Positions 58,186 to 64,000 of a stretch of DNA of 64,000 nt are shown piece by piece (the stretch's first letter is position 1; every line of letters begins with the position of its first letter). Origin of the DNA: Acidimicrobiia bacterium (lineage in GTDB: Bacteria; Actinomycetota; Acidimicrobiia; Spongiisociales; ZC4RG35); contig JANQRA010000003.1 in assembly GCA_028284765.1 (NCBI GenBank), forward strand, positions 144,500 through 208,499. Reading direction: 5' to 3'. A model generated the notes under the pieces. That model saw only the letters and a list, made by a program, of their open reading frames with translations, did not search any database and had not been told where the DNA came from. Both the position numbers and the translations under genes were made by a program.

Positions 58186-59262
58186 TTGAAAGCCGTAATT
58201 CTCGCCGGGGGTCAGGGCACACGACTCCGCCCGCTGACCTATTCCGTTCCGAAGCAGTTGGTTCCGATTGCCGGGCGTCCTGTGCTGGCCCATATCGTTG
58301 CCAACCTCGAAGAGTGTGGAGTCGAGGACATCGCGATCGTGACCAGTCCCGAGGCCGAGGCTGCCGTTCGGCAGATGATCTCGGACGAGGGTCTTGAGCG
58401 GCTGGGCATCGAGGTCTTGATACAGAACTCGCCTGACGGCCTTGCGGCTGCATACGAAGTGGCGCTCGATTGGGTTGCGGACGAGCCGTGTGTGCTCTAC
58501 CTGGGCGACTGTCTCCTCACAGGCGGCATAGGTCATGTGATTTCCGAACATGTCGCTGGCGATTTCGACGCAACGATACTCGTGGCCGAAGTCGACGATC
58601 CCAGCAGATACGGCATCGTCGAGGTGGCGGATTCCGGGCTGATCGAGCGACTCGTCGAGAAGCCCACGGAGCCCAAGAGCAACTTGGCGATTGTGGGCGT
58701 GTATGTGTTCGGTTCGGGGACCTCCGATATCGTCCGAGCGGTCGAGCCCGGCTTCCGCGGCGAGCGGGAGATCACGGATGCGCTTCAGGCCATTGTCGAC
58801 GGTGGCGGTCGGGTCGCTGAGAGCAGATTGGCCGGCTGGTGGATCGACACGGGAACCCCGCCGGACGTGCTCAACGCCCAGGCTCTGCTGCTCGAAGGTC
58901 TGGAGACATCTCAGGACGGCACGCTCGAAGGCAGCGATGTGACGGGCTCGGTGTTCGTTGCGGAAGGCGCATCGGTCGAAGGCGCAGTGCTCGTGGGACC
59001 CGTGGTCCTTGCGGAAGGCGCCGTTGTCAGAGGCGGGACGGTCGGCCCCAACGTCTCCGTTGGACGTGGCTGTGTTGTCGAATCGTCGACCATCCACAAC
59101 TCGATCGTCATGAGCGGCAGCATCGTGTCGACCTCCCATCTCTCGGATTCGATCGTTGGCCCTGATAGCGAGATAAGAGGGGTTCAGGGTCAGCCGGACG
59201 TTCGGCTGATCGTTGGGGCCGAGTCGGCGATTGTCTCAGGGGAATCCAGCCACTCGGGGTGA
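58186..59262 (+). CDS. Sugar-1-phosphate nucleotidyltransferase (RmlA-like long form with a C-terminal left-handed beta-helix)
   Basis: MKAVILAGGQGTRLRPLTYSVPKQLVPIAGRPVL, then C-terminal hexapeptide repeats. Confidence 0.8.
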   Translation: MKAVILAGGQGTRLRPLTYSVPKQLVPIAGRPVLAHIVANLEECGVEDIAIVTSPEAEAAVRQMISDEGLERLGIEVLIQNSPDGLAAAYEVALDWVADEPCVLYLGDCLLTGGIGHVISEHVAGDFDATILVAEVDDPSRYGIVEVADSGLIERLVEKPTEPKSNLAIVGVYVFGSGTSDIVRAVEPGFRGEREITDALQAIVDGGGRVAESRLAGWWIDTGTPPDVLNAQALLLEGLETSQDGTLEGSDVTGSVFVAEGASVEGAVLVGPVVLAEGAVVRGGTVGPNVSVGRGCVVESSTIHNSIVMSGSIVSTSHLSDSIVGPDSEIRGVQGQPDVRLIVGAESAIVSGESSHSG

Positions 59263-60203
59263 CGGCGCGCCCATTCGACCGTGTGTGCTACCCCGTCCTC
59301 CAACGATGTGGTGGCTCTCCACTCGAGTAAGTCGGCGGCCTTGGAAACTGCGGGCACACGTCGGTCGATGTCCTCGTACTTCTCGCCGAATTCTTCTGAG
59401 GTAGAGAAATCGTCCCACCCAATGTCCGATTCACAGGCATCTAGAACCGCTTTGGTGACATCGAGGATCGTCGATTCTCTTGAACTCCCCAGGTTGAACG
59501 TCTCTCCGATGGCTGACTCCTGAGTTCCGGCTCGGACGGTCCCCTCTACGACGTCTGTCACAAACGTGAAGCAACGAGTCTGTTGCCCACCGTCATAGAC
59601 GAGTGGCCGTTTTCCGTTCAGAACCCGGTGAACTGCCCGGGAGACTGCATAGTTAGGGACCTGTCTCGGTCCGTATGCGTTGAAGAATCTGACGACACTC
59701 ACCGGAATAGCAGCCTGCCGATAAACCGCCCACGCGAGATGCTCTCCAGCGGCCTTCGATGTGGAGTAGCTCCATCGATCAACTGAGGGAGGTCCGAGGA
59801 CTCTGTCGTCTTCCTCACCCCATGGCACGACCGGATTTCGACCGAAGACCTCGGACGTTGAGCTGAATAGGAATCTGGCTCCGGTGTCCCGGCTGGCGAG
59901 GAGGGCGTTTCTGGTACCGATGACGTTGACGTCGACGACATCGAAGGGATTGCTCATGTAGTTGGAGACGCCCACGACGGCAGCGAGGTGAAACACGACG
60001 TTGGCTCCTCGAATCGCCTCTTTCATGAAGTCGACATCTCGCACATCCCCGGCCATGAATCCGTACCCCGGCATCGAGGAGGCCTTCTTCAGCCATTGGG
60101 TCTCGACGCGGTCCAACGCCCGGACGTCAACACCATCTTCGAGCAACCTCTCGGTGAGGTGGCTTCCAACGAAGCCACCAGCACCGGTGACCACGGCCTT
60201 CAA
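59190..60203 (-). CDS. NAD-dependent nucleotide-sugar epimerase/dehydratase (UDP-glucuronate decarboxylase or 4-epimerase-like)
   Basis: 337 aa. MKAVVTGAGGFVGSHL and YSTSKAAGE. Adjacent to a Ugd-family gene. Confidence 0.75.
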   Translation of the reverse strand: MKAVVTGAGGFVGSHLTERLLEDGVDVRALDRVETQWLKKASSMPGYGFMAGDVRDVDFMKEAIRGANVVFHLAAVVGVSNYMSNPFDVVDVNVIGTRNALLASRDTGARFLFSSTSEVFGRNPVVPWGEEDDRVLGPPSVDRWSYSTSKAAGEHLAWAVYRQAAIPVSVVRFFNAYGPRQVPNYAVSRAVHRVLNGKRPLVYDGGQQTRCFTFVTDVVEGTVRAGTQESAIGETFNLGSSRESTILDVTKAVLDACESDIGWDDFSTSEEFGEKYEDIDRRVPAVSKAADLLEWRATTSLEDGVAHTVEWARRHPEWLDSPETIADSAPTISRTSG

Positions 60204-61531
60204 CGACCGATCCCCCGGTATCTCAGGCCCAGCTGTTCCATCTCCTCGATCTGGGCGCGGGAGAAGTACATCCGCCCATCAACGATCAAGCATCCGGGAG
60301 CCGTGAGTTCCGCCAGCTCGGCGATTTCGAGCCTCTTGAAGTCGTCATGACCTGTCAGGAATGCCACGCAGTCGGCATCCTCGATGGCCTCGGCGAGATT
60401 GTCGCATGGCTCGACGGATGTCACGTAGCTGAACTCGCTTGGGTCGACCCACGGGTCGAACACACTGAGATGTGCCCCCGAGCCTTCGAGAAGTGCAATC
60501 AAGTCGCGAGTCGGGGTGAGCCTGACGTCTCCGGTGTTGTTCTTGAACGCGACACCCAACACTGAGACCTTCGCGGTTTCGATCGGCTTGTCGGCCTTGG
60601 CCAGGCCATCGGAGATGAGGCTGTAGGTGTAGCCAGGCATTTCGTCATTGATGGCTCTGCCGGCTGACGGGAGCCGTAAAGACAGTCCGTGCTCTTCAGC
60701 CATGTGATGCACGAACCACGGGTCTTTGGTCAGGCAGGAGCCACCCACTCCCATCGACGGTGTGAGGATGTTGACGTGGTGGCGGCCTTTGGGCAGGCTG
60801 TTGGCAGCTTCAATCACCTCCAACACGTCGACGTTGAGCTTGTCGCTGAGCTGAGCGAGTTCGTTGCCCATCGCGATACTGAGATCAATCCACCAGTTGT
60901 CCGCGAGTTTCGAGAGCTCAGCCGTTCGGGCGTCGGACACCCGTACGGTCGGAAGACCAAGCGCCTCTTCCCAAAAATCACCGGCTCGTGTGGTGCTTTC
61001 TTGGTCGACGCCACCGACGACAACCGGAAGGACCTGAAGCTCGTGAAGCGCACGGCCTTCTGCGAGACGCTCCGGGCAGAAGGCGAGAAAGAAGTCCTTG
61101 CCTGCCTGGAGTCCTGACTCCTCGAGAATCGGCTGAGCGATCCCCTCAGTCGTCCCTGGTGGAACGGTGCTTTTGAGCACCACGAGCTGACCGGGTTGGA
61201 GGTTCTGCGCGACTTGACGGCAAGCCTGGCTCACCTGGGTGGTGTCAGGCTCCCCGGCATCGTCCATCGGCGTGCCGACAGTCACGATCACAACGTCGGC
61301 TTCCTTCACCGGATCGAACGAGGACGTAGCCGTGAGGTGTCCGTCGGCCACTGCCTGCGCAACCAGATCACCCAGTCCGGGCTCGTTGATTGCAGCCGTT
61401 CCTGAGTTGATCGAGCTGACCACCTTCTCAGATGGATCGATCCCCGTGACCTGGTACTTCTTCGATGCCAGGACTGCCCCCACGCAGCTCCCTACATACC
61501 CGAATCCAACAACTGCTACCTGCGCACTCAA
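60200..61531 (-). CDS. UDP-glucose/GDP-mannose dehydrogenase family protein (Ugd-like)
   Basis: VAVVGFGYVGSCVGAVLA is the N-terminal Rossmann fold and CLTKDPWF is the catalytic Cys region. The start is placed at TTG 61531 with a GGGGTGA ribosome-binding site. The ORF-track start at 61633 adds an atypical 34-aa leader. Confidence 0.8.
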   Translation of the reverse strand: MSAQVAVVGFGYVGSCVGAVLASKKYQVTGIDPSEKVVSSINSGTAAINEPGLGDLVAQAVADGHLTATSSFDPVKEADVVIVTVGTPMDDAGEPDTTQVSQACRQVAQNLQPGQLVVLKSTVPPGTTEGIAQPILEESGLQAGKDFFLAFCPERLAEGRALHELQVLPVVVGGVDQESTTRAGDFWEEALGLPTVRVSDARTAELSKLADNWWIDLSIAMGNELAQLSDKLNVDVLEVIEAANSLPKGRHHVNILTPSMGVGGSCLTKDPWFVHHMAEEHGLSLRLPSAGRAINDEMPGYTYSLISDGLAKADKPIETAKVSVLGVAFKNNTGDVRLTPTRDLIALLEGSGAHLSVFDPWVDPSEFSYVTSVEPCDNLAEAIEDADCVAFLTGHDDFKRLEIAELAELTAPGCLIVDGRMYFSRAQIEEMEQLGLRYRGIGR

Positions 61532-61638
61532 TGGCTCACCCCTTCTGCTTCGCCCTTGACCCTCCATTCTGCCACCACTGACGACAACCTCAACCTGACG
61601 CTGGACTGTCCGGCTTTTCCGCGTAGTGTTCACTCACC

Positions 61639-63195
61639 GTGATCATCACCGCTGCATCGGTTCCTGCGGGGGAGACCATCGACGCAGATGTCTGCATCAT
61701 CGGTGCCGGTCCTGCCGGGTTGTCTCTCGCCCGCAAACTGGATGGCACGCGCCATCGCGTCTACATCATCGAGACCGGCGGTGAGCACCCGGATGACTTC
61801 TCAGCTCGTATGTCCGAAGGAGATTCAGTGGGTCATCACTACTTCGACATCAAGACGTCTCGCGAGCGGGTGCTTGGCGGCAGTTCTTACATCTGGGAGG
61901 AGTGGATGCGTGCCCGTCCGCTTGATCCGATCGACTTCGAGCGGCGCTCATGGGTCGAACACTCTGGGTGGCCATTTGGCCGAGAAGAGTTGCAGCCGTT
62001 CTACAAAGAAGCTCAGGACCTCCTAGGTCTCGGTCCGTTCGACTACGAGGTCGAAGGTGCCTACGAAGGGGATGTGCGACAAGTCAGGTTTCGCTATTCG
62101 GCGACCGCTGACTTCACCACCAGTCGATCGTGGTTGGAGAAATCGTCGAACATCTGTGTGGTCCTGGGCGGAACTGCGCTACAGCTTGTCCCAAGCGACG
62201 ATCAACCAGAACGGGTTGAGTCAGTTGAGGTGGGGGCTGTCGGCGGTCACGTGTTTTCGGTTGGATCCGACGTTGTTGTGCTTGCGGGCGGAGGCATCGA
62301 GGTGCCGCGCCTGCTTCTCCTGTCGAGGAAACGGATGGCCTCGGGCTTCGGCAATCACCATGACCTGGTCGGCAGGTATTTCATGGAACACCCCAGGGTC
62401 TCTAGAGGTCGCGTCGATTGGACCGGAGGGAAATCGGCCGAGACGTTCGCGATCGTGAGGCATGCCGATCATGCAACCCGCCTGGCCTTCGCTGCGACGC
62501 CTGAGCTCATGGAACGAGAAGGCCTTCTCAACGGGATGATCCTTCTCACCCCGGCGTCCGAACGTGAGGTTTCGGAGTCGGTGCGTTCGCTGGCGATGGT
62601 CCGGGATCGCATCTTCCGTGGCAAGGAGAGTGGGGAGCGAACGCCGGGGCATGTGCGATCACTCGTCAGGAATCTGATGAAGACATGGCAGGAAACCCAT
62701 GTCGATAGTGAAACCAAAGCGGGCTTGTTACGTGTCTCCGCAACGGTGGAACAAGAGCCCAACCCTCAGTCGAGAATCACGCTGGGTGAGCAGTTGGATC
62801 CTCTCGGTCAGCCGCTCCCCGAACTCGACTGGCAGCTGGGAGCAAAAGAGAAGCGGACAATCAGAGAGATGCAGGTGGCCCTGAGTGCGTGGCTGCAAAA
62901 CCAGGGCGCAGGCGAGTTCTCAGGCTTGCTGGGTGATGAGGAGCCCGACCGTGCCCTTCGCGGTGAATGGCATCAGCTGGGAACGGCTCGTATGTCCACA
63001 TCGGAGAGGAGCGGAGTTGTCGATCCGGATCTCAGGGTCCATGGGTCGGCCAACGTTTACGTTGCCGGGGGAGCGGTGTTTCCGACGGTCGGATACGCCA
63101 ATCCGACTCTGACGATCGTTGCTTTGTCACTGCGGCTGGCCAGCCATCTCGAACCACGGTTGGCATCGCGGCCTTCCCTTGGCGCCTTTTGGTGA
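61639..63195 (+). CDS. GMC-family FAD-dependent oxidoreductase
   Basis: 518 aa. N-terminal DADVCIIGAGPAGLSLA. C-terminal GTARM...DPDLRVHGSANVYVAGGAVFPT. Confidence 0.8.
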   Translation: MIITAASVPAGETIDADVCIIGAGPAGLSLARKLDGTRHRVYIIETGGEHPDDFSARMSEGDSVGHHYFDIKTSRERVLGGSSYIWEEWMRARPLDPIDFERRSWVEHSGWPFGREELQPFYKEAQDLLGLGPFDYEVEGAYEGDVRQVRFRYSATADFTTSRSWLEKSSNICVVLGGTALQLVPSDDQPERVESVEVGAVGGHVFSVGSDVVVLAGGGIEVPRLLLLSRKRMASGFGNHHDLVGRYFMEHPRVSRGRVDWTGGKSAETFAIVRHADHATRLAFAATPELMEREGLLNGMILLTPASEREVSESVRSLAMVRDRIFRGKESGERTPGHVRSLVRNLMKTWQETHVDSETKAGLLRVSATVEQEPNPQSRITLGEQLDPLGQPLPELDWQLGAKEKRTIREMQVALSAWLQNQGAGEFSGLLGDEEPDRALRGEWHQLGTARMSTSERSGVVDPDLRVHGSANVYVAGGAVFPTVGYANPTLTIVALSLRLASHLEPRLASRPSLGAFW

Positions 63196-63196
63196 G

Positions 63197-64000
63197 TTAG
63201 CGATTCGACAGCCGGCGCTTCAGGCGACGCAGCCCGCCGTTCAAGATCCTTCTGTCGAGAGCTGCCAGACGGTCCCCAACTGAGAGAGTGCGGGCCTCGT
63301 CGGACAGGACCTCGTCGAAGACGATCCCAGCCAATTCATCCTCACCCACCTGTTGGAGCCCCTCGTGGATCTGGGGGTAGACCGATGGAATGGATGGGCT
63401 GCGAGCGAGGGAGTTGCGCACGAGCGAGGGGTCGAGTGACGGGTTGACGAAGATCGGCATCGCTTCGAGTCGGTCCAGGGCCCGCAAGGTGAGTTTGGTG
63501 CGGATGCATTTCTCGCACTCGCCACAATTGAATTCCCCCTCTGCCAAACGGTTCGCAACAAAACAGATCTTGATTCTCTCGTGAGCCGGCTCCCAGTCGG
63601 CAAGCCGTGAGGTCTTCTCGTAGCGCGAGACACCATCCATTTGGTGCTTGACCTCCACGGCGCCGCTCGAATAGTTGGGATCTAGAAATGGGTGTGAGCC
63701 CTCGTGAACGGTCTCCGGATTTGATTCCACGCCCGAGGCGATCGACAGGGTCTTGACGCCTTTGCCCAAGGCATGCCCGGTGCTGGCGATGAGTGCCCCG
63801 TATAGCTCGTGGCCGAAGAAGTGGTTGGCAGGCTCAAGTTCTCTCACGTTGGTGGCGATCGGAACCAACTCGAGGTCGGTGTCACGCGCGAGATTCTCGA
63901 GTTGGCCCCAGTACGGGTCGCCTGGGCCGAACTCAAACGGATCGAAGCCTTTGGAGATGACAACGCCCAAGTCGAACCATGCCGCATCGTCTTCGCTGGA
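63197..64000 (-). CDS. Hypothetical protein, C-terminal part only (gene continues beyond the window); has a C-x2-C-x2-C cluster
   Basis: Open minus-strand frame to the window end. C-terminal CFVANRLAEGEFNCGECEKCIRTK. Confidence 0.4.
   Translation of the reverse strand, partial: SSEDDAAWFDLGVVISKGFDPFEFGPGDPYWGQLENLARDTDLELVPIATNVRELEPANHFFGHELYGALIASTGHALGKGVKTLSIASGVESNPETVHEGSHPFLDPNYSSGAVEVKHQMDGVSRYEKTSRLADWEPAHERIKICFVANRLAEGEFNCGECEKCIRTKLTLRALDRLEAMPIFVNPSLDPSLVRNSLARSPSIPSVYPQIHEGLQQVGEDELAGIVFDEVLSDEARTLSVGDRLAALDRRILNGGLRRLKRRLSNR

Noticed and set aside
56855-58453. 532-aa version of the SAF-domain oxidoreductase.
   Set aside because: The first 97 codons are Arg/Pro-rich, overlap the divergent nucleotidyltransferase gene, and precede a clear GGAGG-ATG start at 58162 followed by the Rossmann motif. 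It was shortened to 56855-58162.
63197-63970. Tentative call of the partial minus-strand gene as a PP-loop N-acetyl-sugar amidotransferase (WbuX/QueC-like) based on the CGECEKC cluster.
   Set aside because: Only the C-terminal part is in the window. The diagnostic N-terminal SGGxDS PP-loop is not visible, so it was left as a hypothetical protein.

Overview
High-GC window (roughly 60% GC, actinobacterial-type gene order) with three parts. (1) 1-24.2 kb: the end of rpsG (S7), then fusA-tuf fused directly onto an extremely compact S10-spc-alpha ribosomal-protein string running to rplQ, with nearly every stop/start overlapping. Between map and rpmJ, where infA normally sits, there is a 5.7-kb insertion and no infA. 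The insertion carries a NIPSNAP protein, an LtrA-like membrane protein, a TetR/SRPBCC divergent pair, an operon of two exported membrane-anchored proteins plus a membrane-anchored c-type cytochrome, and a divergent ECF sigma/anti-sigma pair. (2) 24.2-36.7 kb: a 1121-aa secreted right-handed beta-helix (PMP-repeat) protein carrying three C-terminal SLH-like repeats. The 3' ~850 nt of this gene has clearly different codon usage, so the gene looks mosaic. This is followed by housekeeping genes (coaA, a hydrolase-cyclase fusion, truA, rplM, rpsI, glmM), a strongly supported glmS ribozyme, and glmS. (3) 36.7-64 kb: a large Wzx/Wzy-type surface-glycan biosynthesis locus (GT-C, GT4 x3, GT2, WecA-like initiating transferase, CapD/PglF dehydratase, Ugd, epimerases, nucleotidyltransferase, deacetylase, methyltransferase, GNATs). 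It contains several atypical components: a Wzz-like protein fused to a BY-kinase-like domain with a degenerate Walker A and a ~330-aa C-terminal domain with no recognisable motif; an AsnB-like amidotransferase lacking the N-terminal catalytic Cys; a GT4-GNAT fusion; a SAF-domain oxidoreductase; and a GMC oxidoreductase. No CRISPR array, transposase or tRNA was seen. The most novel candidates are the glycan locus, plausibly linked to decoration or anchoring of the SLH protein, and the envelope module inserted in the ribosomal superoperon.
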